Source: Callorhinchus milii
Lineage: Eukaryota
Direction: 5' to 3'
Length of the DNA stretch: 64,000 nucleotides
NCBI RefSeq assembly: GCF_018977255.1
Contig: NW_024704742.1
Span: forward strand, 111,602,001 to 111,666,000
Shown here: in pieces, positions 11,478-23,206 of the stretch
Layout: each line of letters opens with the position of its first letter
Position numbering within the stretch: position 1 is the stretch's first letter
Program-made: the position numbers and the translations under genes
Notes under the pieces: model-generated
Database searches by the model: none
What the model was told of the DNA's origin: nothing
Seen by the model: the letters and a program-made list of their open reading frames with translations, nothing else

Positions 11478-11868
11478 GGTGTCAGCTTGGCTCTATTGGT
11501 AGGACTCTTGCCTCTGAGAAAGATGAAGGTTAAGCCCCACATCGGGACTTTGAGGTCACAATCTAGGATTACAGGAGGTACCATCCTTCAAATGAAAGTA
11601 AAACCGAGGTCCTAATTGCCTGTTCAGATAGATGTTGAAGATCCCAAGGCACGATTCAAAAAGAAAAGGGATTTTATTCGCAGTCACCTCACTAAACAAT
11701 CCCCAAGATGAAATTAATCTTTCACTTCATGGTTGTTTGTGGGACATTGCTGTGTGCAAATTGGCTGTAGTATTGCCTACAAATACACAATCACTGCACA
11801 TTACAGTAAATGCTGTGAGATGTCTTACTAATGTAAAAGGTGCTGTATCAAATGCAAGTATTATTATC
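11478..11868 (+). mobile_element. Old DeuSINE-like element
   Basis: gtgtcagcttggctc..ctcttgcctctgag head, gcctgttcag..gatccca..gcac, gtttgtgggacattgctgtgtgcaaattggctg, L2-type tail. Confidence 0.8.
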
Positions 11869-12949
11869 TGTAGCATCTTTGGCAATGCACGTCTATAGTG
11901 GGGAATGCTACAGTTGGGTGTCGTTGCCACAGGTGATGCGCATAAGTCTCATCAGAATTTTTCCTCATTTAAATTGGAAAAATCCAAATAGAAGCTGGTG
12001 AGCAATTGCTGGCCACCATACCTGCAGCATGTTGATCTTTTTATGGTTTTTAACAGCTTAGAATTCATGATTTGCTAATCACAATTTGCGCAATCCAAAA
12101 TTGGTAACTGATGATACAGACCAGAAATAGCAACAAATAGCAGCTGCATTAACATTGGCCTTTGTATCTTGGGCCAGGGAGGAAAAAATTGAACCAGGCT
12201 TCTACCAATAATCTTTCACCATCAACTCTCTTCCCCCCACCCCGAGTAGAAAACAAACTCTGTCATTTTTGGGTGGGGATGAGATTGGCTTTATGGTGAT
12301 GCCCTCCATTGGTTGCGTTTGCTGCCAACAGTCCGTGGATGGTTCTGCACTCGTGAATAAATTTTAAGATCACACTGCCAAGTTGGTAAGTCTGTCAAAT
12401 AGTAAACAATGACCCCTATGTGTTTGCTCACGCATGACGAATGGCCATTCAGTTATAATACAGTACCTGAGGGATAGTACTTTACTCAAATTGAGGAGAG
12501 GAGAGAATTGAAATGGGGGGAAAAAATAAGAATAAAGGAAAATTATAAGGAGGGTCAATCCATACCCTGTTCAGTTCAACTGAAACACAGTATTGACAGA
12601 AGTCAAGTAACACATAGCCTGATAAGAAGTGGTGTTCAGTGAGACATGAAATTTTAAAGCTTGGTGAGAAAAAAAACTTACAAAATGGTGTAAAGCCATA
12701 AAAACCCTGTAAAAGTTTAAATAAAAAAATATGTTCTTTAGCAGACTCCACTGTATGAACTTCATTACCTACCAGTTTCCTTTTGTCAGGAGTGAATGAA
12801 GTAATAAACACTTTCTCTGCTCATTAATCTCCCAGCTGCTTTTGGAGGCATTTAATGAAAACAGTTTCTTGCTCAGGGAAGAGTTACAGTGCCCGAAGAG
12901 CAGATTTTATTTAAAGTTAAATTCTGCAAGTGATACTTTCTCTGACAAA

Positions 12950-13060
12950 ATGCACAATCAATCTACTTTCCAGTGTATCCTGTTATGTGCTTTGAGACGA
13001 CTCCACCGCATGCTAAGGCGCTATATCAGATGCAAGGATTACTGTCATTATTATTTATTA
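12950..13060 (+). mobile_element. SINE 3' tail fragment
   Basis: gtgctttgagacg..ggcgctatatcagatgcaaggattact. Confidence 0.7.
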
Positions 13061-13092
13061 TAGCTGTCGGCCCATACCTGGGGTTTGTGATA

Positions 13093-13391
13093 TAATAATA
13101 GTAATAATCCTTGCATTTGATATAGCACTTTTCATGTCTTCTCGACGTCTCAAAGCGCTTCACAAATAGACTGTAAAGTGAATTGACCGGATATTTGTGG
13201 GTGAAACGCGGCAGCCAATTGCTCAGCAGTGTCCCACAAACAGTCGTGGATTGAAAATAATCAATTGTTGGAGGGATTATTATTAGGCGTGTGGTGTAAG
13301 GAAACTTGCCCAAGGTTTCGCCCTGCCTGGAATTGAACCCAGGTGTCTTGCTTGCAAGGCGAGTGCTCTAACCACTGAGCTACAGGACTCC
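13093..13391 (-). mobile_element. Young tRNA-derived SINE, full length (GAGAA-loop tail)
   Basis: Reverse complement of the complete head-body-tail unit, ending ...aaccactgagctacaggactcc. Confidence 0.95.
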
Positions 13392-13611
13392 ACAGGTGTA
13401 CGTCACATAAGTGTACACCCATATCTGTGGCTTGTGATATCAGATAAATGAACATCCTTACCTGGGTCTTGTCATAACTACATTAATATTTAGCGCTTAT
13501 TCCAATTCGTCAAATAAAGGTGGTGAAAAATAAGATGTTTCATTCCACATTTGATATTTGTCGAATGTGTTATCACATTGCAGTTTTCCAAAATTGTTGA
13601 TGCCATCTTGG

Positions 13612-13715
13612 ATAATAATAATCCTTGCATTTGATATAGTGCCTTATTACGTCTTCGAGACATTTCAAAGCACTTCAGAGAATATGCCGTAAAGTGAATT
13701 GACTGTATATTTGCC
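13612..13715 (-). mobile_element. SINE 3' tail fragment
   Basis: ataataataatccttgcatttgatatagtgcc..gtaaagtgaattgactgtatattt. Confidence 0.85.
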
Positions 13716-14779
13716 ACTTTATTAAATTGAGTTAAATCGGTATCCTACTTCGAGCTGTAATGAAACATCACTCTCCATGATCAGGAATGGAGCATGAGAA
13801 GTTTGGAACAATGCATTATGGAGAAGTTGGCAGGAGGGGAAGCAGGAAGGGGAGCTTTCATTCCCTAGGCTAGTCTTTAGTAGGGAATTAAAAATATAAG
13901 ATTTTCTAACAGATTCAATAACATATTTGATAATTATAGAATCTGTTATGAAGCATCGCACTTTTTGCTCTATAGGCTTTGAAAGCCGAATGTAAACTCA
14001 AGAGACACCCATTCTGTACTGCATTTTGCCTTGGAAGCTGAAATGCTGAGGCAATGACATATCAATCAATCATCTTCTTTCCTGTGAGCGCTGAGGACAC
14101 CAGGGTCTATGTCTGAAAGCACTTTGCTGCTCCACATTAGAATCCACAGGCTGTGTGCTTTTGTATTCCACTATAAGACATAGCTTCCAAACCTCAAATT
14201 AGGATAGATTGGGGCTTCAGGCAAAACAGTATTATGGTAATTGCAGTGTCGACTTGTTGTCTGTGCAAAGATTTGGTTTGCCTTATTATGTAAGTAACTG
14301 GTAAAATTACAAACTGGCTATTTAATTTCTTTGTAAAGTTTGTTTTTAATATAACCTTCCAGCTGGTGCTCTGCTTGTCTGTAACATGCATTTTCTTGTC
14401 AGTAATTAAAAATATAGTATCTACTGTGGATTATTTGTAAACACATATAAATTCTAATTATTTTGAGTTTAATCCAATGTTCAAAAGCTTTCAATTTCCT
14501 GTTTATTGTATAGTTCCTATATACTGTACTTAATACTATATAGAGTGAAATGGAAATATCTCCTGACTTAAAACAATAAACAAGTACTGCAACAATGGTC
14601 ATACCTTTTGAGTCAATCCGTCTAACAAATAGCTTGTGTTATTTGACATGACTGATAATAATCCTTGCATTTGATTTGATATATTGCTTTATTACATCCT
14701 TGAAATGTCTTAAAACTCTGCATATTTTCTCCTGGTCCTTTGTGCCTTTTATTGACCACGTAGTCTCTGTGGTCAGTCT

Positions 14780-15172
14780 CTTTCATGTCAAGAGGACGTC
14801 ACAGAATGCTTCATAGAATTTACTGTAGAATGTAGTGACTGTATATTTTGTTAGAAAAACTGGCAGCAAATTTGCACACAGCAGTGTCCCACAAACAGCA
14901 ATGAAGTGAATTACCAATTTTGCATGCGAGATTATTGGCTAGGACACCGGGACTAACTTCCTTTTCATTTTGAATTGTGCCATGGGATCTTTAACATACA
15001 CCTGAACAGACAGAACCTCAGTTTAATGTCTCATCTGAAGGATGACACCTCCAATAATGAAATGCTCCCCCAAGTGTAAGCCCAGACTGTGAGTTCAAAG
15101 TCCTGACGTGGCGCTTGAAACCACAAGCTTCTGACTCAGAGGCAAGAGTGCTATCAACCGAATCAGGCTGAC
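14780..15172 (-). mobile_element. Old DeuSINE-like element
   Basis: tttgcacacagcagtgtcccacaaacagc..gtgccatgggatctttaac..cacctgaacagac..ctgactcagaggcaagagtgct..ggctgacac. Confidence 0.82.
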
Positions 15173-16054
15173 ACCCTGTAATGAATATAATGAAATTCAG
15201 AGGATTCATTTTTCATTTTAGAGATAGTGCATAAGGTTCAGTGAAAGGTGCTTCAATTACAAATGGAAATCATTGCCCACACTCTCACTGACTTAATTGG
15301 ACTTTCAGTAAATGCAGCAAGTTGAAGTTCAATTATAGCTCGGGAAATTGTTTCAGGATCAAAAGTTTTCTGTGAAGGTGTGTTCCACATTGTGGAATGT
15401 CTGGTGCTGTTTTTTGCTCATAAACTGACCACTGTCTAAACTCATCTTATCCAAATCACAAGAAGAAGTTTCATGAGTAAAGGCAAGACCTTGACCATAG
15501 ATCATTTTCCTTACTTGACAGTCCACCATTGTACATAAAGAAAAGAGACAAAATACTCATATACAGATACTGCTCCGTCACTATCGTCTTTAAAAGGAAT
15601 GGTTGAATCAGAACCAAAATCATCCAAATTGGAACTCAGAATTCAGATTTTTCCAACTTTAAGCAGTTTCAATCAGATTCAGAGTACATATTAACTCAGT
15701 TTTTAAAGCATGGCCAAATGGGGCAAGAGTGAGTTCCAGAAAGCGAGGGCAAAATAGTTTAAGACTTGCCCACAGTTGGTGGGGTAGAGAGAATGGGGAA
15801 TGTGAAGCAGGTTGAGCAGAGGCAGAAGCCAAGCAGTAGGGTGGCAGGAGGTAGTAGAGGGAGATAACAAATTACTTACCTGAAGAGGAACCTTCACCAA
15901 CACGACAACAACTTGCATTTATATAGCATCCTTCAGACAGGGTAGCATCCCAGAGTGCTTGACAGTGGCGGAGTCTGAACCTGAGCCAGGGGGAGAGGTA
16001 GGGGATAGGTGACCATAAGCAGAATCAAAAAGGAAGGTCTTTAGGCAGGACTTA

Positions 16055-16138
16055 TCATAGAATCATAGAATCATAGAATCGTACAGCACAAAAAGAGGCC
16101 TTTCGGCCGATCGAGTTTGTGCCGGCTCTTTGAATAGA
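16055..16138 (-). mobile_element. Short CR1 3' end with (ATCATAGA)3 terminal repeat inserted in L2
   Basis: tcatagaatcatagaatcatagaatcgtacagcac..gaggcctttcggccgatcgag..gccggctctttgaatagag. Confidence 0.88.
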
Positions 16139-17015
16139 GTTGAAAGTGGGGAGGAAGGGTTGCAATGTGGACTGATTGAGGGAGAGTGTTTCAGAGTTTC
16201 GGGGCGAAGTGGCTAAAGGCATGACCACCAATGGTGGAGCAAAAGGGATGAGGGACAAACAGGAGGCCGGAACCAGCCAAATGGAGGCAGTGGGTGGTGG
16301 AATGGGGCTAAGCAAATCGGATAGGTAGGGAGGTGCGAGGGCATCAATAGATTTGAAAACAAGCGAGAGGATCTTGAAATCGATCCGTTCAGTAATTAGG
16401 AGCCAGTGGAGCCTAGTAAGGACTGATGTGATGGGGGCCCGGAGTTTTGTGTGGGTGAGTATCTGGGCGGTGGAGATTTGAATGAGTTGAATTTAGTGTA
16501 TGGTGGAACTGGGAAGAACAGCGTTGAGGGATTGGAATAATCCAGCCAGGAAGTGACAAAGGCATGGGCGAGAGTTTCGGCTGCTTTGGTTGTGAGGTAC
16601 GGACGGAGGTGAAAAAAAAAAAGTCCTAGACAGCGAACGGTTGTGGGGTAGAAAGGAAAGCTGGGGATCGAACCTGAGACCTAAGTTTTGCATGAGTTTG
16701 GTGTGTCTAAAGGAGAGCCTGGAGTGGTTGAGGAGATCAGACCTGTAGGAGAGAAGACTTTGACGGGAGCCAAAGAGTATGGCTTCCGTCTTGCCGACAT
16801 TCAGCTGCAGGAAATTTGCGTTCATCCAGGCTTTGATGTCCGTCAAACAAGCTGATAGGATATCAGCAGATTGGGAGTCGCAGCCGGAGGAGGAGAAGTA
16901 GATTGGGTGTCATTCGCATACATGTGGTAGTTGACTCCATGACTGCGGATGACATCGCCGAGAAGGAGCATGTAGATAAGGAAAAGAAGGGTGCCAAGGA
17001 TGGAGTCTTGGGACA

Positions 17016-17132
17016 TTATAATAAATAATAGTAATAATCCTTGCATTTGATTTTGAGCTTTATCACATCTTCTAGACGTCTCAAAGCACTTCACAGAATA
17101 TACTGTAAAGTGAATTGACTGTATGTTTTGTA
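17016..17132 (-). mobile_element. SINE 3' tail fragment nested in L2
   Basis: ataatccttgcatttg..tctagacgtctcaaagcacttcacagaatatactgtaaagtgaattgactgt. Confidence 0.88.
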
Positions 17133-17136
17133 TGTA

Positions 17137-17389
17137 CTAGGCTCTGGAACTCCATCCCCCAGTGCCTTCGCCTTGCTTCCTCCCTTTCTTCCTTCAAGGT
17201 CGGTCTCAAGACCTTTTTCTTTGACTGTGCCTTCAGCTCCCCTCTCGACTCTCTACCCCCTCCTCGCTCCCTCCCTTCCCTCCCCTCACCCTGACCATTT
17301 CCCCCCTGACCCAACTGTACAGCGCCTTGGGTCGTCCTCCCGAGGTGACAGGCACTCTATAAATGAAATCTTGTTGTTGTTGTTGTTGT
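17137..17389 (+). mobile_element. Young L2 3' fragment nested in the older L2, opposite orientation
   Basis: Near-identical to the reverse complement of 40257-40520 apart from a short deletion between cctg repeats; ends in (ttg)n. Confidence 0.92.
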
Positions 17390-19134
17390 GGTACCCCACA
17401 AACAACCGGGCAAAGATGGGAGGAAAAACCATTTACCGAGCTGTAATGTTGACGGTTTGTTAAGTAGCACTCGAACCATGCAAGTGCGGTCCCACTAAGG
17501 CGGATGAGGGAGTAGAGGTTGTGGAGGAGGATGACATGATCCTCCTCCAAAGCCACTACCTTCCTTACATTCCTTAAATGAGAAATGCTTTTAAGAAAAA
17601 CGCAAACTTTATCTCGATGTTAGATTAATGTAATCGGTTGTTAATCAGTTGATCATATATTGACCATATACATATCCTTTCTACCCCACTTGTTTACCAA
17701 AGTGAAAAAAATGACTTGTGACAGCAGAAAGAAACATATTTTGTAGTTCAGTCAGTAAAAGCACTGCATTTAGGGGCGCTATATAAATGCAATTTGTTAT
17801 TAATTGACTTTGTGTTAAATTTTTTAAAGATTTCATGGCATTATTCAAAAAGAGAAGGGAGTTTCAAATTATGTCATTCACTTCATGGCTATTCGTAGGA
17901 CATTACTGTGCAAAAATTGGCTGCTGCATTCGCCGACAAAATACACAATCACTACACTTTACATTAAATCCTGTGAAATTCTCCAAGACGCATCGAACCC
18001 GTGAAATCAAATGCAAGGTTGATTTAAAGGCTTCTATTACCATTCTGCTGGGGCAGCTGCAACCACAGCTTCAGTTCTGCTGATGTCAAAGACAACCTCA
18101 TGTGGGGCAATAAGGAAATCTTTAACGGAAAAGATTCCTTTGAAATTGTGGTGATACTCATTAATATGAAGTGCTTATTTTTCAATTTTATCTGTGGTAT
18201 AATTGAACAAAATTCTACTTAATTTGACTTCTTTAGGTTTTTAAAGAGATATTAATGCCAATCAATTACGGTTAGTGGTCTGTGCTCCCACCACCACCCT
18301 TCGATTTTCACATTTTACAGTTCAATATCTTCTCTTTCCAACTTTGCTATTTTTTAAAAATCATTTCCAAGCTGTTGTTTATGATTCATTTCTTTTTCTC
18401 TCAGATTACCACAGCCTGGAATCCCTGAATGAGCTATAATACATCACACAGTTCTAACATATGTTGGAGCCCTGTTCTCTTAATCTGCCTTGATCCCAAA
18501 AGCCTTATCCACCTGCTGCAGCACCAAGCGCTCATTACAGCAACACAGATTTGTCCTTACCTGTCCTCTGCCTGAGCTCTTCAAGGTTAACATACAACAG
18601 TGACTGTCATTAAATGCATATATATATGAAGCCAAAGTGGAAAGTGCTCAGGGCATTATTGGCAGGAATCACTGGTGAAAATGACCAGGTAATTTTTCAA
18701 ACAAATATATGATAACTTAATATAATACTGCTCTACGGCAGGTATTCCTCTTTGTTACCTGGTTGGATTTCAAAGCACAGTTGTCTTTGTTTGGTATTGT
18801 GCAGGGATCATGTGATTCAGGTGGAAGTAGGGAAATTAAATGGCAACTCAAGAAACTGCACTGAGCATTGGTTTGTAATTTGTAACCTAGCATATATAAG
18901 TAGTGAGTATTTAAAATGAATTATTGTGATTGTTTTACAGAATATATTGCTAAATGAAAATTCTTAGGTTAATGAAAAATATTTCAGAGAATAGGCAGGC
19001 AATGAATAGTCCTCATCAGAAGATAGGGAGTTTTGAATCTTAGCGGGTAATTTAGAAGTCCTTGAATTGTTTTCTTCCGTTAGTGGAATGTTGACCTCAT
19101 GTACAATATATATAGTGTATTTAGGAATATATCT

Positions 19135-19344
19135 GGAGCGAAACATTACCTGGGTCTAAACTTGCGGCATTTCCTAGCATTTCAGAGCATACAGAATTTG
19201 GGAAATTCTTAAAATGAGTCTTAATTTTGAAGCTGATTTTCTGCAGTCCTTAGAATAACCTATAGAGAAAGGCTTCCAAATGCTGCATGCTCTGAAATGC
19301 TAAGATAATGATGCATGTTTAGATCCTGGTGTAGTTTCCACACC
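19135..19344. mobile_element. Palindromic MITE-like element, copy 2
   Basis: Inverted arms tagcatttcagagcatacagaatttggga (19175-) / ttccaaatgctgcatgctctgaaatgcta (-19302) and termini like those of 7865-8133. Confidence 0.72.
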
Positions 19345-19949
19345 ATAGTGAGTTGGGGCAGTGATCCCTATTAAATGGGAATTTAAGATGATTGTATCCT
19401 GTACTTTTCAGCTATATTTTGGGTGCTTCCTTTAATCAGAGTTCAGAGGAGGGATTTCTATTTTAACCCTGTTCCTTAAATTAGGGAACAGAATGTGGTT
19501 AGGAACATTGCAATTTTGATCCATGCAGCTCAGTTGTATCCTAAGATATCTGAAGTTTAACCTTCAGTCAATGTACTGCAAATTGCCACCTGATTTGTGT
19601 CACATGTGCCATACTGCTGGTGAAGAAAAGGATCCTGTGCAATAGCACCATTTATCAGAAATAACAAGTGAAGAAATGCTTTTACACACCACATGATGAA
19701 TTAGAAAGGCTTTCACACACTTAATAAACCTGCTGACACCCAGGAAAACAATCTGCTTTCATAGCTTTGACAATAAGAAGAGCTCAAACATGTGACATGT
19801 AACTACATTAGAATATTAAATCATTAGCAACAGAAAAGGATGAGCAAATTAAAGAAAAATAATTTTCAAATCAGCTATGTTGAAAAGAAAACTGTAACGC
19901 ACATTGAACAAGATGCTTGTTATACAGAGATGAAAGGATTAAGATAATT

Positions 19950-19968
19950 AGGTCAAAGGTCAAGGTTA
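19950..19968 (+). promoter_or_regulatory. Perfect nuclear-receptor DR1 (AGGTCA-A-AGGTCA) plus a third half-site AGGTTA
   Basis: Exact motif match in unique AT-rich DNA; function untested. Confidence 0.35.
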
Positions 19969-20904
19969 AAATATTCACTGGGTCTCATTATATTAATGGG
20001 CCCTATTCAAAATCATAAGTTGTGTAATTAAGAGGCAGCTTAACACCCTGTTCACATGATAATGTAATCAACTACCTATTCTTTAAGCTGTGTGTAGCGC
20101 TAGGTACGTGTAAAATGCTGTGTTGTTTTCTCGGTTTTGAACCTGGATAAATTGTAACTGGTTGAATTTGTTAGATCTAGCAAAAAAGAATTGCAAATAA
20201 AGTAATACTAATAAATAGAGAAATAAAATATGCTGGGTAGTTGCATTATGAGAATGATTGCTAGCCAATAATTTCATCAAGGGGTTCAGTGATGTCAAGC
20301 ATTTCTGAGAATGACATTCAACTATCCTCTCAGCTGTGACTCAGAGATCAGCTTTTGCTCTAAAATCACTCCAATATATCTGTTATTTTCGTATTTATAT
20401 ACAATTCATTCAGAGGGGGAGATTTATTCAATTATTTATTTTATGACAAGCATTGATGGCCAGGGTGCTTGATATGGCTGACAGATTATACTTTTATTAT
20501 TCATGTCAGAATGGGATATTCTCCAAATAATTACACTTAAATCAGCAAATATCATATACTACTATGACCACATGATTTATGCCACCTGTGTCATACTGCT
20601 GGTGAAGACAAGCAGATTATGCAATGGTACTATAAAATATCACAGGGATTTTAAACGAATTGTAAATACATATTGTATCCACCAGCCCTCAACAATCTGA
20701 AATTGTGGTCAGTGGTTCCACTGACAAAAGCAACTGTGTCTGAGCAATACTAAGAACAACATGTACAGGAGAAACAATTGGGAAATGGTGTCTGTGCAAT
20801 AAGATGCTGTTGTATGTTACTGACACATCATTGGCACAAGAAAAAAAGGGGAAAGGATTTATTTTGGAGAAGTTGTGTGGCTGACCGAAGGTTAAATCCC
20901 CAAT

Positions 20905-20970
20905 TGTTCAGCGCCTTGGGATGTCGTCCCGCCGTGAAAGGCGCTTTACAAATGTAATTTTGTTGTTGTT
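20905..20970 (+). mobile_element. Isolated L2 3' tail
   Basis: cagcgccttgggatgtcgtcccgccgtgaaaggcgctttacaaatgtaattttgttgttgtt. Confidence 0.85.
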
Positions 20971-21679
20971 AAAAAGGAGTCAAATTTAGATGTAATCTCA
21001 TCTCTGATAGTGAACATTGAGAGNTTTTTTCAAAGTAAGGCAGCGGTGGTATCTTTGCACAGTCTGACCTCCAACCACCACAAATAGAAGTAAGATAACC
21101 CAATTGNTTTTTTTAATAATTCTGATGTTATAATAACTGTTATACTATTACTACAGATACACAAGAGTTTAAATGTGAATCATTTAATTGTAGGCAAGCA
21201 ATATTCAAAAGAAAACACAGTAGATTTATCCCTAATTTCAAGGGTGCTTCCAAAGCAAACAGTACAGAAGATGTTATGCAACCCAATAGAACCTGTGATA
21301 ACACGTCATCAGTTGGAGTGATATGCAGTCATTTCCGTTCAATTATGTTTAAGAGCTGAAGAACAACTGTGATTCTGGCTTTTCTAAAGAATTCCTAGAA
21401 CCACATTATTAACACTACTCTAATAATAAATATAATTAACTGTTTTAACGGTGGTACTTTCTCAATGAGATTTACTTAACTGTTTAGTTACCAACACCAA
21501 GTGATACAGCATGCAAAGCCAATAATTGTCCTCTTGGCTAAAAGTAGGTAGGAGGTTATAGCTTTAAAAGCTTGTTGTTTATACCTTTCTTTTCCATTCT
21601 ACTGATAATCGTTCTACTTTATTAACATGATCCATTTTTGTGGCTTTGCAAAGCATATTGGGATCTCTAGGTGTTAGCA

Positions 21680-22015
21680 CCTTTGAGTCAGAAGGTTAGG
21701 ATTTCAAGCCCCACATTCATAGTCTAAACTAAACTCCAGGGCAGTGCTGCTGGTGTGCTGCATTGTCGGAGGTGCTGTGCTTAAGATGAGATGTTAAACT
21801 GATATCTTGTCTGACTGTTCAGGTGAAACATTAAAGATCTCCAAAACATATTATTTGAAAAGAAAAGGAATTTTCTCCCAGTGCCCTGGCTAACCATCCC
21901 CCTGATAAAGTTGATCATTCACTTGACAGATTTGTGGAACATTGCTGTGCGCATTTTGGCTCTGGTATTTACCTACAAATACACAGTGACTTACTGTAAA
22001 GCTCTTTGAGATGTG
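21680..22015 (+). mobile_element. Old DeuSINE-like element
   Basis: gtgctgcattgtcggaggtgctg..gatgagatgttaaac..ctgttcaggtg..tttgtggaacattgctgtgcgc. Confidence 0.78.
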
Positions 22016-22649
22016 CTGGGGGAGCACTACATTGTTGGAAGTGTTGTGTTTCAGGGAATCCCACAGCTACACTACAGTTCTATATTTCTCATTAGACTTT
22101 TTATAAATCGTATTAGATTTTAAAATAGTCATGTAAATATAAGCCCTTTCAAATCATCTTTCATCCTGTCAAACATTAAATGTCTTGGATTTGTTACCCT
22201 TTCTATAACAAATCTTTAGAATTTTTAATAGCTTAAGATTTCTTGGAATTGGGATGGACAATAAAGGTGGGATTGTCAGTTTGTGCCACGTCCCTGTGCC
22301 TGCTTCTACTAGGTTGCTATTTAAGGTACCTCAGGCCATTTCATGTAGAATTTTACATAACTTAAAGAGGAGACTTTCATCAAGTCAGATTTTGTTGTAT
22401 TCAGCCTCAAGTACTGAAGATGACAGATTGGCATGTTGACTCATAGTGCCACCCAGTTTGTTATGTTATGGATTTTACCATGTTTATATTATTGTTGTTA
22501 ATCATACCAACTTAAAGCATTATATATGTGCTTCATTCAAATTACTGTATGAACGTGACTGGCTACTTACGTTTAACACAAATAAAGAAGTAAGAAAATA
22601 AGAATAGGAAACACATGTACTCCATGTAATGGATAGAATTTGACAAATG

Positions 22650-23206
22650 GGAAAGAGATCTAAAGGTGTTGGTTGACTCGTCACTCAACATGTTAACCAG
22701 TGCGAGGTAATAACAAATAAAATAAACGGGATGCTGAACGATATTCACAAATCAATTGTGATCCCCAGACATAATCCCCATGTTATAATGAGCTGTGGTC
22801 AGGCCACACCGAGAATTGTGCATAGAGTTCTGGTCACCGTGACATCAGTTTTGAAAGGAGATTCTCAGAGGGGACCTGATAAAGGTACACAAGATTTTAT
22901 CTGTGATTTAGAAAGTGAGCTAGAACAATATGTTTGGAAGCATCAAAACAGCAGGACAAGTGGGTAAAGGTTTAGAATTGCAAAAGACAATTTGGGACAG
23001 ATACCAAGATGCTTTTCTTTACTCAGAGGGTAATCAAGACTAAAACAGGTTACCCGGAAGGTTAGTTGAGCTCAGGACACTCAATTCATTCAAGAAAAAA
23101 GCCTGATGCTGCTGATGGGAGGATGGTAGATGGATGTTTTGGACAGATGAGATCAAATGGGATGAAGGGCCTTCTTCATCCGAACCAATCTTGTGACCTT
23201 GTGATC
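22650..23206 (+). mobile_element. CR1-clade LINE 3' fragment (CTTGTGAT tail)
   Basis: Homologous to 1552-2060 and 42075-42450; ends ccgaaccaatcttgtgaccttgtgatc. Confidence 0.78.

Larger units (their letters stand above)
15902..17548 (-). mobile_element. L2 LINE 3' portion (degenerate RT) carrying nested CR1, SINE and L2 insertions
   Basis: Minus-strand translations [62 protein letters not shown]; (caa)n tail at 15902. Confidence 0.92.

Noticed and set aside
16055..16080. Short direct-repeat array (CRISPR-like)
   Set aside because: Contiguous 8-bp CR1 terminal repeats without spacers; eukaryotic context and no cas genes.
18390..18690. Strong splice acceptor tttctttttctctcag
   Set aside because: All three frames stop within ~13 codons; a non-coding or terminal exon cannot be supported from sequence alone.
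18985..19020. Minus-strand CTGATGAG..GAAA hammerhead candidate
   Set aside because: No helix II or helix I pairing and no suitable cleavage triplet.
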